Positions 54,501 to 63,660 of a stretch of 64,000 nt of DNA are shown one piece after another. The translations under genes were made by a program, and so were the position numbers. The notes beneath the pieces are model-generated. The model saw only the letters and a list, made by a program, of their open reading frames with translations. It made no database searches and was not told the DNA's origin. The DNA lies in the NCBI RefSeq assembly GCF_037042905.1, contig NC_087247.1, positions 31,310,001 to 31,374,000 on the forward strand, read 5' to 3'. The first letter of the stretch is position 1. Every line of letters begins with the position of its first letter. This DNA is from Lytechinus pictus (lineage: Eukaryota).

Positions 54501-57500
54501 TCACCAAAAATGAATGACTTGTTTTCCTTGCAAATTTTATCAACCGGAACAATATTTTATAGGATTTATATTTTAAATTGTTCTTTATTTCATCTTTCTT
54601 TTCAGTTTCAATCGCTAGTGGTCAAAGAAGTAAGCGTTTCTTTGAGGAGCCTCTTGTAAACACACCACCTATACCCTCATACCCCATCCAGAAGCAAGAT
54701 AGAACAGGTAGATATTTAGAAAAAAAATACATGAAGGCGATGGAAATATCGCTCTCATGACAGTGCCAAGATCGCCCCTAAAATCTGCAAAATAGAATGC
54801 TTTGAGTGACCATCTTTTCTAAATTTGCCATGATATCTGCCACAAACAATATTCAAGAACATTTAGAACATCAATACTCTACATACAGCATAATAATAAG
54901 ATATGCTTTTACAGCATAATTGCTCATTGAGCAAATAAATTAGCCCTTGAAGTGCAAGAAATTACCCCAATAATTCAGCAATTGCCCTAATGTGGCAAAA
55001 GAAAAAAAATAGCCCCAAAAAATTTCCTATCCTGAATGAAAGGTTTTGATGGGCTTTGGGAAAATACCACATCAGTTGTAAGACAATTTCAACAAGATAC
55101 CACAGGAGTCCTATATTAGTTTTACAGCAAGTGCCAATATTTGCAAATATTTCAAGTAGAATATCCAGTCATTCAATATTATAATCATTAACGATCGACT
55201 TAAAACTTGGCTTGTGTATGCATTTGGATGTGATGATGTAATTGCATTTTGTTTACAAAAGATGAGTTTCAATTTGTTCACATATTAATATTTTATTCAT
55301 TTACAACACACCAATTGGACAGATTTTCTAAAATCTTTGTTGATCTATCCATGACCTTTTTCATATATTTGGTATCCCAATGAAGAAGAGTAATTGAACT
55401 TTGGAATGATTTGGATTAAGTATCATGATTAGTTTGTCGATGTTTTCAAAATGTCTGAGAATCCTAGATCCTTTTGTATGCTCTTTAAGATTTGTTGATT
55501 TGTATAAAAATGTGTATTTGTATATTTATTTATGTATATATTTTATATTTATTTATTCATTAATGTATCTATTTGATATTTCATGAGTTTGGGATTAATC
55601 AATGTTTGTCAGGCTTTGAAATGAGAATCTGTACACACAGAATTTGGTTACACAACTCTATTCTGCATCATGAAAATAGCCTTTGCATGAATCCTCTCGT
55701 TACATTCATTTATTCACTCCTCTATTTATGATTTGCGTTTTCCTTCATCATTACTATGATTTTACCTCTCAAACTTCTATATATAGATTTACCCTTGAGC
55801 AAGTCTTGTGATGGCCCTCCCCCCAAATTCTTCATTCCTCCTCCTCCTCCTGCAGCCGCCCCACCCGTTGGACCTGGATCAAATATTGGCACTGATTCAG
55901 ATTATGAGGACATCCCAGAGAATGCCAGCCTCTGTGACTCGTGCCATGGTAAAGTATTTTTTCTCCTTTCATGTTTTGTTGCATTCAATCAGATATTCTT
56001 CCTTTATTTTGTTTTGCATTAAATATATTCTCACTATCAGCTTTCTTTTGAAGCCTGAAGCCTTTTCATAATGCGGGAACATATATGGGTTGGTTTGCTA
56101 ATGAGTAAAGCTATTTATGTTCTATTTATGTTTATCTTTTTTTGTTATTCCATCTTTGATCCTCAACATTGAACCTCTCATCCAGTATTTATTCATCTTC
56201 CCTGTAGGAATATAAAAAATGATTTTGTGAAAGTGAATATTTTTGATTGGCTCTCATGTATTTTCTGTTATTCTGATATCCACAGGGGACACCAGCACTC
56301 CTCCGCCGGCCCCTGCAGAGGCTGCAGAAGCTCTTATCAACAGGCTAGGGTTTCTCTTCAGTCAAGGTCCTCGAAGCGCACCACCTGGCTTGCCTCCAGG
56401 ACCGCCGCCACCTCCCACCGGTCCTGAGCCCCCAGAGCTACCACCACCCAGACAACCTCAACAAAGGAATGCGCTTCCAGACCCTAACCAGGAAAACATC
56501 AATCCATCTCTTCGAACGGGGGTGACCACAGCAGGGGATGGTCACAATGCCAAGATGACGCAGGGCAAGGAAACGGCACATAGCCTTAACCAACAGCAGC
56601 AGCAGAGACATCCAATGCTTGGAGGAATGGTAGTCATACCGGGGCATCCTAGTAGAACTCAAGATGGAGACGGGGAACCTCTATCAAAGGTCCCTCGGCA
56701 TCCAAACGATAATCAGATTAAGTACAATCAACAGCCTCCTCAGCCTGGCTTTAACCAAACAGGACGTGGGAGTGGCCGAGGGGGAAATCCACCTTCAGGT
56801 TTTAATCATAGTAGAAAAGGAAGTGGGAGGGGGAAGAACCCTCAGACTGGTTTCAGTCAAACTGGTAGGGGAAGTGGGAGGGGATCTGAGAGGAAAGGTT
56901 CTGGAGCAGGCTTGAATGAAGGGACTACTGCTGTCAGTGGAAGACATATACAACAACAAGTGACTAACGTACCATCTCAGGGAGCACCGCAGGTGCCAAT
57001 GCAACAAGTACCACATAGAAACCAAATACAGTTACAGCAACTACAACAGCAGCAGCAGCAACAGCAGCAAATGCATCAAATGCACATGCAGCAACAGCAG
57101 TATCAACTAAAAATGCAGCAAACTCATCAACAAATGTACCTCCAGCAGAAGCAGCAAATGCAACAGCTTCAACAGCACCATCAAATGCATCAAATGCAGC
57201 AGAATATATGGCAGCAGCAGAGATTCAGTCTGCAACAGCAACAACAACAGCAACATCTTCAACAGCCACAACAGGCTCATGGGAATGGGGTTGTTCAAGG
57301 GAAAATTCAAACAATGACGGACCAAAGATTCGCAACAGTGCAATCAATACCAACAACTGCTTCACGTCAGAACAGAGGCGAGCAGCAACAGCAGCAGTCA
57401 GAACCATCACCATTACCAGGAATGCAGGATAGAGTAGGGAAGCTGCCTTCGGACAACTCTTCACAGAGACAGCAAGAACAGAAGTCTGGGACAGGTTATG

Positions 57501-60500
57501 CCAATGGTACAAACCACAACAGAACTGGCCTGGTTGCAGGCATGCGGTCCAATACCTTAGAGTCCCGTAGCAAGCAGAACAACAGAGGCCAAGCACCAAA
57601 GACAGGATCTCAGGGTCGTCCTGCTAGCTACCAGAGCCCGGGTAATGAAGGTGGCCCTAGCCTGGAGAATAGACTACAACAGTTACTAGAAGGTGGGGTG
57701 AAGGGTAGACCTGGTGATGCGGTGATTAATGGTAACACCGCACCAAACTTGCAGAAACCTGGTGGAACTAACGACTCCAACGTAAGGAGCACAAATAATG
57801 TTAACAAACCTGGGTCGGGTCACATGCGGCAACAGAGTGTGGACAGGATCAAACCAAAGATGGCCCACCCTCGAAAGATCATGAACACCAGTCATCAACG
57901 TGGAGCTTCTCTAGATTCCTCTGCTGATACTAGTAATATTTCCTTCAATAGTACTACATCTTCTGTAGGAGATACATCGTTCACGAGCGTATCCTCTATG
58001 GAAGGTTATGATATGTCATCTATGCAGGCCCCACCAACTCCTACGAGTCCAAGGGATGTGATGGCCAACATAGAAGGTAATTAAGCTCTCATATTTCTTT
58101 TGTCAAATGTAACAATGTAAAAGAGTTAATACTGTCATGTACAGGCAGATCTATTCTGGTCGGATACAATACCATTTCAGGGCCAGAATTGTTTGTGCGC
58201 AATAGTTGTTCACTCTTTACTATTGTGTCTAATCCTGCTTGATCCGCTCCTGTAATTGCCTGAGAAAAAAGGTGTAAGGTTGGGGAAATTCTGGAACTAT
58301 CTTTTGCTTTTTTTCCTCCCACATTATGATTATCATGTAACAAAATAATGGCAACACCATTTATATGACTTCACAATGGAAAGTTTGAAAGTTTAAACAT
58401 AACATGAGATAAGTTAAGTAAACTGCATAAATATATCTCAGTAGTTTTTTGCTGACATTAATTGATGGAAATGCTCTGAAAATAGTCTTGTTACAAGTTC
58501 TATGATTTTCAGCTTTAATTGAAATACACCTTCTTTCCTTTCACACTTTGTAGGCAAACAGTTTAGACTAGGACATGCACCAAGAAGCACCTCAAAGACT
58601 CATCAAACCTCGACAAATCCTCGCCCAAAATCCACCAAACAACCCCAGGTCAAATTGGCCACTCAGCAGTCATTACCGAATGGTCAACTCTCGATGGCAC
58701 CCAGCGATAAGAGGTCCAATATCGCGGAGAGTTCAGGTCAAGGATCAGAGGTCGTTGATGAGGGTGAGAGGTCACAGGAGAGTTCCTCAGGGGAGAAGCA
58801 GGATCCTATTGTGGTTTCCGAAAGAGTGAATTTCACCAATCAAGAGGTTCATCTCAGTGGGCGTGGCACCCTTGTCTCTCAGGCTAGGTTGCGCTCTGCA
58901 TCAAGTAAGTGATTCACTTCCACCTTGCTCGTTTACGTCACATGCACAGCTAAAATTGGCAGCCATTTTGTCACATTTTGCTTTGTTTGTTTTTGTTAGT
59001 CATTTGCAGTATTGTGAGCATGAAGTGCGAAATATTGTTCGTATCACATTTTAGAAGATTACGCATTTCAATCATGCGCATATTCATTACATTTGTGTGA
59101 GGGAAACGGTTTAGTGCCAATGTATTTTAATGTCTTTAACATGTATTTTTTTAATTTATATCCGAGTCATAGAAACTTTATATAAGACTAAAATGCAAAC
59201 TTCTAATTGCATGTAAATAATGTAGAAGTAAACATGCTCTTATTCTGACCAAATTGAATTGGGCAGGGATTTTGATTTTTAAAGAAGCCTTATTTTCCAA
59301 AATCAAATTGTGTGCATGTTACTTGTATTGTGGTATATTGTTAAGAAAAAGGGGAAAAAATAACCTTAAATTGTGAATTAAGATGAAGCTTTATGTGAGT
59401 TTTTGTGTACAGCATGCTAACATGTTTTCTGCAGTGCATGAGTTCAGTATGTCCATCTTTCATGATTTAAATATCCTTTCATTGTCAGCATTCAAAATTG
59501 TTTGCTTTGATCTTTCACAATCCTCACTGTTTAGCACTTCAATTTTCCACATGATTTTACTTTGCCCTCCCCCCATGGTCTTTGGTTTCTATAGCAACCT
59601 CTGCTTCCAGTCCAGAAGCCACAGATGACATGTCGTTGCTTCAAGGTCGACGCACTTTCACTAGGAGGTCACTAAGAGACAAGGAAAATGGCAATAAGCT
59701 CAGTCCAGATTTTAAAGGTAGCAATCATTCAGTTTCAAGTGAAACTGGTTGTATTATGAATAAAGACAACACTATTGGTTCAATGGACCAGTTCTCATAA
59801 GCAGTAATATCCAAAACAAAAAGTGTTTACAAAATGGTTTCAGTGTTGACAGTATTAAAAAAAACATGAATAAAAGGTTGGTATCATCACGTTGCCAAAA
59901 GGTACTTTGTACAAATCTTTCTCTTTTGGCCTGAATTCACAAAAGGGTTTTATCCCATCCCCACTCCATTACTTCTATCTTGGGGTTCCTGCTGATGATC
60001 ATGTATTCTGCCTTTTGTTTTACACATCACCTCAATCATTTTTAAATACATATATTGTATATATTGTGTATATGTTTGGTTTGATTTGTTCCAAGAAAAG
60101 TTGATTATACCCCCCAAAAAACCTTTTCAGGAGTAGCACAATATACTGCACTGGAACTGGAATTTTTTTTCAGTACATGTTTTGCATTCTAATCACATTC
60201 CATGTGCTTGCAAACAGGATGATGAGAAACTGCAAGAAAATGTCTCTTAAAAGAGACTCTATACCTTTATGGGTGGAATAAGAGTTATAAGACTTGTGCA
60301 GATAATGATCTATGGTTCGATGATGCCGTCACTACTAGTTGCTTTCTCATCTATATTTGCAATTCACTTTTGCTATTCACTTCTGCTTCATAAATATTAT
60401 GGTTTGCGGTGCATCTATCACATTTACGCAAATTCTTTCTTTACCTTTATTTTGGAAACTAATTTTTGTTTTGGATACAGCCAGGGTATGATTCGAAAAA

Positions 60501-63500
60501 AGCCACAAAGTACCAGCTTTTTTTCTTCATGTTCATTTCAGCACTGGTAGTTGCTCTCATGTATGTGTTTTACTTTCATTCTCAGCTGCAATTGCAATAG
60601 ATATTTTGCTGTGGTTATACAGTACAGTAGGGCATACTGAGATTTTCAACATGTACATCAAGAGTTTATGATTACAATGGTGGAATGGTTGTCACAAATC
60701 ATTGCTCATCTTTGTTTGTGAATCACAGGTTTGTTGATATAAGCACATGGCAACAGGTGTAAACAAACAAACATTTGTTACAGTTACGATTACTAGTGAT
60801 TCAAAAGTACTCCTGATCTGGGGCCCATTTCATGAAACTTGTTATAATAACAAATCTGCAATTGTAGTTTAAAGCTACTGAAATCCATCAATTTGATTGG
60901 CTGATGGTAAGCTTTTTATTGAAATTGTGCAATTTTTGTAATAACAATTCTTTATGAAACGGGGCCCTGGGCCTTTAAAACATAGAGATACAATAAATAT
61001 TATTTATTCATTTTTTACTTGATTTGTTGTAGATAATAAACAGTTGTGCTTAATATCGTGTACAGTATTTTCTACCATAAAATGGCTCTAGACTTGGTCA
61101 CTTTGTAAAAGGCAGAAATTTGAGGGAAAAGAAATTTGGAAGGCCTACAAAAAACTAGCAATGAGATATGCTGCATATTTTTATGTTTTATCGTGAAGGG
61201 TGCAAAATGATAGTGGTATTTTTTTGGCATGGTTAATTACCTTGCACACATATGCAATATTCAATGTCACAGACAAGAGTTGATAGAAATTGGTTTCTTG
61301 ACTTCTATAGAGGAATGGTTTGACATTACTATTTGTTATCTTTGACAACTTCAAAAGAATAGAATTCCACAAATTAGTCATATCAGTGTGCTTTCATTTT
61401 ACAAAAAAAAATTAATCTAAGGTCAAAGTTTCTCCAAAGAGCTAAACACATTTTGTCACGGACAGATATTTGGGTGTTGTGGTTGGACAACACAGAAAAG
61501 ATCATCTTAAAAGTTATATTTTTTCTTTTGCAACGTTGTCTATGATGAATTATAAAATTCTGTAAAATGCATAAAGTGGATTATGTATTTAATATACAAA
61601 CTGAATTGGTCATATATTCAACATTATTTCTAGAGCTGTGTATGCAGACAGTAAATCTTTGATTCAAATGTTTCTTCTATTCAGCTCGTATGCAAGCGTT
61701 AAAACCAACGCACTTACTCCTGCGTCCCATGACTTTTGAGATTCCGGGCTTCAGTCAGAAATCTGCCTTCGTTGGACGGGAGTGGCTGTTCCCAGAGATG
61801 GAGCGCTGCTTGGGCAAGGACCCGACCTTAGCGGCCAAGCTGAAGGGGCTAGGGATACTAGGTGATGTAGGAATGGGAAAGACTTCAGTCATCGCCAAGA
61901 TGGTGTCCCTGAGTACACTTAGTAGTCTCCTCATTAACAGCAATATTCATGTCACTGCAGCAAGTAAGTATGATGGCATCGGTTATGTCGCTGCTTTGGA
62001 GTAAAGCTATAATGAATTTCAAGTTCAAGTGAGGTTTTATTTCTTGTATATCAGAGATAAATTATAATGCAACAGAAGAACGATTTACAAATAACTGAAA
62101 ATGGTTGGCTTGATTTTGTCCATGGATATCTTTAATGGAAGGGGCAGCTTTACCTCCTCAGTAAGGAGCCCTATTCTTGAAGATGGAAGAGTAGTCCACC
62201 ATTGAGAAATGAAAAATATACAGTATGTAAAATTGTAATAATATGATGTTGTGATAATTTTGTTATTGTTCAAATTCAGTGGATTTAAAGCATTTTGGTT
62301 CGCTACAAATTCCAGTACTTGTTACGGTCTTGTTCCACAGATCCTTTCAAGTTCTTCATGAATGATATTAGCTCACCTTGTAATATTATTCTTTGTTGTT
62401 TTCCTGCAGGCAATTCTGATGTGTCAAACTCTACTTCTCAGAGCAACGTCTACAACAGTAGTGGTACTATGACAAGAGCAAGGCAACAGTCGGAACAATC
62501 TCTCATGTCACTCGCCTCACAAGTAGTTGCTTTCCATGTCTGTCAGGTGGGTTGGAAATTCAAATTATTTATACCCCTGGTGTAAGAATTTACATATACT
62601 GTATGTCAAATCCATTCAGGCAGAAGAGCATCAACTCTCTCATGCACTGTACATTTTGGGCAGGGCGTGTTTGATCTAACATCCTCATACCAGCCACACA
62701 GGAATTGGAAATCACCACGAATGCGCAACCCGCCATTTTTCTACCAGCTAGGCGATGATGTATCTTTATTGAAAATTGAAGTAATGCATACAAATTCAAA
62801 AGAATAAAGAAAATCAGATAGCGAAAGATGTTTGAAAGACAATCATACTTTCTTCTTTTCAATTGTAGGCTGACAACAGCATCACATGTATGGTTCCGGA
62901 GTTCATCCACAACATGGCCGCCCAGCTCGTCCAGTGTCTCGGCGTCTATCGTGAGATGCTTCTGAACGAACCCCAGCTACAGACACACCTCACCTTGAGA
63001 GAGTGCACCCAGAACCCCAGTGATGCCTTCATCAAGGGAATATTGGAACCACTCAGTCTCCTCAAAGCTCAGGGAAAGATACCAATGGACAATTGCCTCA
63101 TCCTCGTCGACGGCCTCAGTGACGCCGAGTTTCACAAATCGGACTATGGGGACACCATCGCCTCGTTCCTGGCACGCCACATGTCCCGATTCCCGCAGTG
63201 GCTGAAGCTGGTCATCACCGTCCGAAGCTCATTTGCGGAACTCACCAAGATGATGCCTATCCAGAGGATATCCCTGGACAAGGTGTCCAACTCGGAGTTC
63301 ATCCAGAAGGATGCAGAGCTCTACATCAGCCATAGGTTGCAGTTGAGCAACACATTAAGGACTAACGTATCCCTCAATGGGAAAGTGGAGCAGTCGATGA
63401 TCGCCAAGTTCCGAAGTCACTTGCAATCGCTGAGCCGTGGTTGTTTCTTATACCTGAAGCTAACCTTGGATCTGATAGAGCAAGGCTACCTTGTCATGAA

Positions 63501-63660
63501 GAGTCCCAGCTACAAGGTGTTACCCATTAACCTCTCTGAAATCTTCCTGCTACAGTGCAATCTCAAGTTCCCTACCATACGAGCCTTTGAGAGGGTCACC
63601 CCAATTCTCAATGTAGCTTTAGCTTCCCTCTATCCTCTCAGCGATGAACTGCTCTTTCAG
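18449..63660 (+). CDS. TANC2: TANC/rolling-pebbles family protein (RING + low-complexity linker + NACHT-like P-loop; ankyrin/TPR part expected beyond the window). join(18449..18596,38317..38430,38852..38971,54606..54707,55787..55948,56286..58076,58554..58904,59595..59717,61685..61963,62410..62546,62869..63660), 3' partial
   Basis: All 11 exons are bounded by AG/GT, phases are compatible and there is no internal stop. Recognised TANC motifs: LINRLGFL, LLLRPMTFEIP...FVGREWLF, GDVGMGKT, LASQVVAFHVCQADN, VPEFIHN, LVDGLSDAEFHKSDYGDTI, YLKLTLDLIEQGYLVMKSPSYKVLPINLSEIFLLQCNLKFP. Probably a single pro-ortholog of TANC1/2; the symbol is by similarity recalled from memory. Confidence 0.9.
18698..18842. 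mobile_element. Short pogo/Tigger-like MITE
   Basis: TA|CAGTCAAACCTGTCT ... AGACAAGTTTGACTG|CA, with internal ACCTGTCT repeats. Confidence 0.7.
19454..19590. mobile_element. Degenerate hairpin MITE
   Basis: Imperfect palindrome ATTGATC..GGGCT..TTTTTACGATTGATT / GATTAATCATAAAAATCAGCCC..GATCAAT. Confidence 0.5.
23275..23750 (+). mobile_element. Three head-to-tail SINE head/core units
   Basis: GTCTCCAGACT..CCACAA..GGTTC(G/A)AAT..TTTGCCACTCT..C(C)A(G/T)GTGTA repeated at ~23278, ~23419 and ~23563. Confidence 0.75.
24481..24799. mobile_element. MITE with ~45-bp TIRs
   Basis: GGCCCGTATTTTGAAGTCGGGTTTAACTTAAAC ... GTCTAAGTTAAACCTGACTTCAGAATACGGGTCC. Confidence 0.82.
25613..26211. mobile_element. 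Kolobok/T2-like MITE
   Basis: TTAA|AGGACAAGTCCACCCCAA ... TTGGGGTGGACTTGACCT|TTAA with long imperfect TIRs. Confidence 0.9.
28025..28698. repeat. Direct duplication of ~270 bp (period ~405 bp)
   Basis: ~28025-28310 and ~28430-28698 share GGTATAAAG..TGTTTACGTT..GGAGCTCTCTGCTTGG..ATATCTAGAGTAGATCTAAAGCAAC. Confidence 0.93.
29541..29810. repeat. Tandem repeat, 3 x 90 bp
   Basis: CATACAAGTAGATCTCTATTG...CATTTCTGC at 29541, 29631 and 29721; first two copies nearly identical. Confidence 0.97.
31282..31865. mobile_element. Kolobok/T2-like MITE (second family)
   Basis: TTAA|AGGAGAATGAAAC ... GTTTCATTCTCCT|TTAA, with ~85-bp internal inverted arms (GGCAATGCGACCAAGATCTGTGATGTCACA). Confidence 0.9.
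32340..32511. mobile_element. Second copy of the 16972 hairpin MITE, loop inverted
   Basis: Same arms; the loop resembles the reverse complement of the 16972 loop; flanks CGG/CAG. Confidence 0.88.
32545..32782. repeat. GAGTC/GACTC-rich transposon relic (CACTA-like right end)
   Basis: Many GAGTCAA/TTGACTC units in both orientations; ends AATAAGAGTG. Confidence 0.5.
34055..34205 (+). mobile_element. SINE 3' fragment
   Basis: AATTCCTCGAATGC..AAGGTAGCCATGCTAAAGCTGGGGTA matches the SINE 3' body; TTA tail. Confidence 0.55.
38317..38430 (+). CDS. TANC2: Coding exon (GKGRQVVPKEEERPPTPPPKPKELQQRSSSTSSASDIK)
   Basis: ctgcag| acceptor, |gtatcg donor, 114 nt, phase 1-1, GC-rich and open. Confidence 0.8.
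38852..38971 (+). CDS. TANC2: Coding exon (GVNGGSVEEFPDIKPPPAFPPAPAIGMVTGGETSSVASMP)
   Basis: ttttttttcag| acceptor, |gtaagt donor, 120 nt, phase 1-1. Confidence 0.85.
39029..39421. mobile_element. MITE with GG..CC termini flanked by TA (PIF/Harbinger-like)
   Basis: TA|GGTGGTTTCAAACCGCCTCGA ... TCGAGGCGGTCTGAAACCACC|TA; CpG-rich. Confidence 0.8.
40651..40918 (-). mobile_element. Full-length tRNA-derived SINE
   Basis: Reverse complement shows TGGTCTAGTGG, GGTTTGAATCTT, TGCACTCGACCCAGGTGAGGTGAATGGGTACC core and a (TAT)n tail. Confidence 0.85.
41110..41370 (-). mobile_element. LINE 3' fragment
   Basis: (CATTT)n tail, A-rich body, GGAGGGATGCACTGAAAAGCAATAGCTT motif like the 49.8-kb element. 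Confidence 0.45.
41752..42334. mobile_element. Non-autonomous DNA transposon with CCGG termini and a 7-8 bp TSD
   Basis: TIR GGGGGCCACTTACATTGATGAGTGGATGCCATGCGCGACCA vs TGGTTGCGCATGGTATCCACTCGTCAATGGAAGTGCCCCC..CCGG; flanked by AAATGAC at 41745-41751 and 42335-42341. Confidence 0.85.
42433..43708. mobile_element. Degenerate T2-like MITE (25613 family) split by a piggyBac-like MITE
   Basis: Left end AGGCCAAGTTCACACCAAC...TGAATAAAAGAGAAA and right end GTTGTTGGATACGGACTTGGCCT match the 25613-26211 termini. Confidence 0.65.
42902..43672. mobile_element. piggyBac-like MITE
   Basis: TTAA|CCCTAATTCTCCCGGGG ... CCCCGGGAGATTGAGGG|TTAA, with subterminal GGGGGGG-CATTATG-CCCCCC hairpins. Confidence 0.88.
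44908..45040. mobile_element. Hairpin MITE with related termini
   Basis: CTG|GGTCCCATTTCATAAAAAGTT..ATGATAGCAACTCTTGCTGGAATGTCAACT paired with AGTTGACATTTCAGCAAGGGTTGCTATCAT..AACTTTTATGAAATG. Confidence 0.75.
45860..46322. mobile_element. PIF/Harbinger-like MITE, CpG-rich
   Basis: GAGGCTGTTCTCACT..GTTCCTTAAACTAGTTTA ... TAAACTAGTTTTAGGAAC..AGTGAGAACAGCCTC, with internal AAACTAGTTT and AGTGAGAAC repeats. Confidence 0.82.
46737..47719. mobile_element. Non-autonomous Tc1/mariner element
   Basis: TA|CAGTGCGTATCAAAAAAAAAGTTTACACTT ... AAGTGTAAACTTTTTTTTGATACGCACTG|TA, plus subterminal inverted blocks (TTGAGTGAGCAC / GTGCTCACTCAA). Confidence 0.92.
49483..50268. repeat. ~140-170 bp direct repeats (49483-49624, 50096-50268) flanking the LINE fragment
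   Basis: TCATTCTGCATCT..TTTTCATTTCTA..GGGGTTGAGTGGGT..AAATGAGCAGTC..GTGATTCAGGTTTTT..CAAGCCAGA..ATCATGGGGGG in both copies. Confidence 0.88.
49625..50095 (-). mobile_element. LINE (CR1/L2-like) 3' fragment
   Basis: (GAAT)n tail followed by TTTATT on +, stem-loop GGTGACCTACTAAGAAGC..GCTT..TAGGCCACC, A-rich + strand. Confidence 0.55.
52195..52310 (+). mobile_element. SINE core fragment
   Basis: TTTGCCACTCTCCACCCAGGTGTAG..TGGGTACCCAGTAGGA. Confidence 0.65.
53319..53545. mobile_element. Degenerate half copy of the 25613 T2-like MITE
   Basis: TTAAAG.. start and TTTGAATAAAAGA..AACAAGCATAA..TTTCATCTAAATCGGATATAAAATAAGAAAG collinear with the 25613 copy. Confidence 0.65.
54606..54707 (+). CDS. TANC2: Coding exon (VSIASGQRSKRFFEEPLVNTPPIPSYPIQKQDRT)
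   Basis: Long pyrimidine tract + ttcag|, CAG|gtagat donor, 102 nt, phase 1-1. Confidence 0.7.
55787..55948 (+). CDS. TANC2: Coding exon (DLPLSKSCDGPPPKFFIPPPPP...DSDYEDIPENASLCDSCH)
   Basis: tatag| acceptor, |gtaaag donor, 162 nt, phase 1-1. Confidence 0.8.
56286..58076 (+). CDS. TANC2: Giant 1791-nt exon: LINRLGFL motif, Pro-rich, GRGSGRG repeats, polyQ/QM/QH region, Ser/Thr-rich end
   Basis: Lies within the 613-aa ORF 56243..58084. cacag| acceptor, AAG|gtaatt donor, phase 1-1. Confidence 0.9.
58554..58904 (+). CDS. TANC2: Coding exon (GKQFRLGHAPR...SQARLRSAS)
   Basis: tgtag| acceptor, |gtaagt donor, 351 nt, phase 1-1. Confidence 0.85.
59595..59717 (+). CDS. TANC2: Coding exon (TTSASSPEATDDMSLLQGRRTFTRRSLRDKENGNKLSPDFK)
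   Basis: ctatag| acceptor, AAG|gtagca donor, 123 nt, phase 1-1. Resembles the TANC segment before the NTPase domain. Confidence 0.8.
60821..60966. mobile_element. Hairpin MITE with related termini, CTG TSD
   Basis: CTG|GGGCCCATTTCATGAAAC ... TTTATGAAACGGGGCC|CTG. Confidence 0.75.
61685..61963 (+). CDS. TANC2: Coding exon, start of the P-loop NTPase with Walker A GDVGMGKT
   Basis: ttcag| acceptor, |gtaagt donor, 279 nt. Contains FVGREWLF and GxxGxGKT. Confidence 0.93.
62410..62546 (+). CDS. TANC2: Coding exon ending LASQVVAFHVCQ
   Basis: ctgcag| acceptor, CAG|gtgggt donor, phase 1-0. Joins the next exon to give CQADN. Confidence 0.92.
62869..63660 (+). CDS. TANC2: Coding exon, NTPase core with Walker B LILVDGLSD
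   Basis: tgtag| acceptor, CAG|gtgaga donor, 792 nt, phase 0-0, strong TANC motifs. Confidence 0.95.

Noticed and set aside
56438-57898. Minus-strand and alternate-frame ORFs over the giant exon
   Set aside because: They are shadows of the CAG/CAA-rich coding sequence.
60218-60260. Possible exon after caaacag
   Set aside because: Stops occur in the phase-1 and phase-0 frames and the pyrimidine tract is weak.
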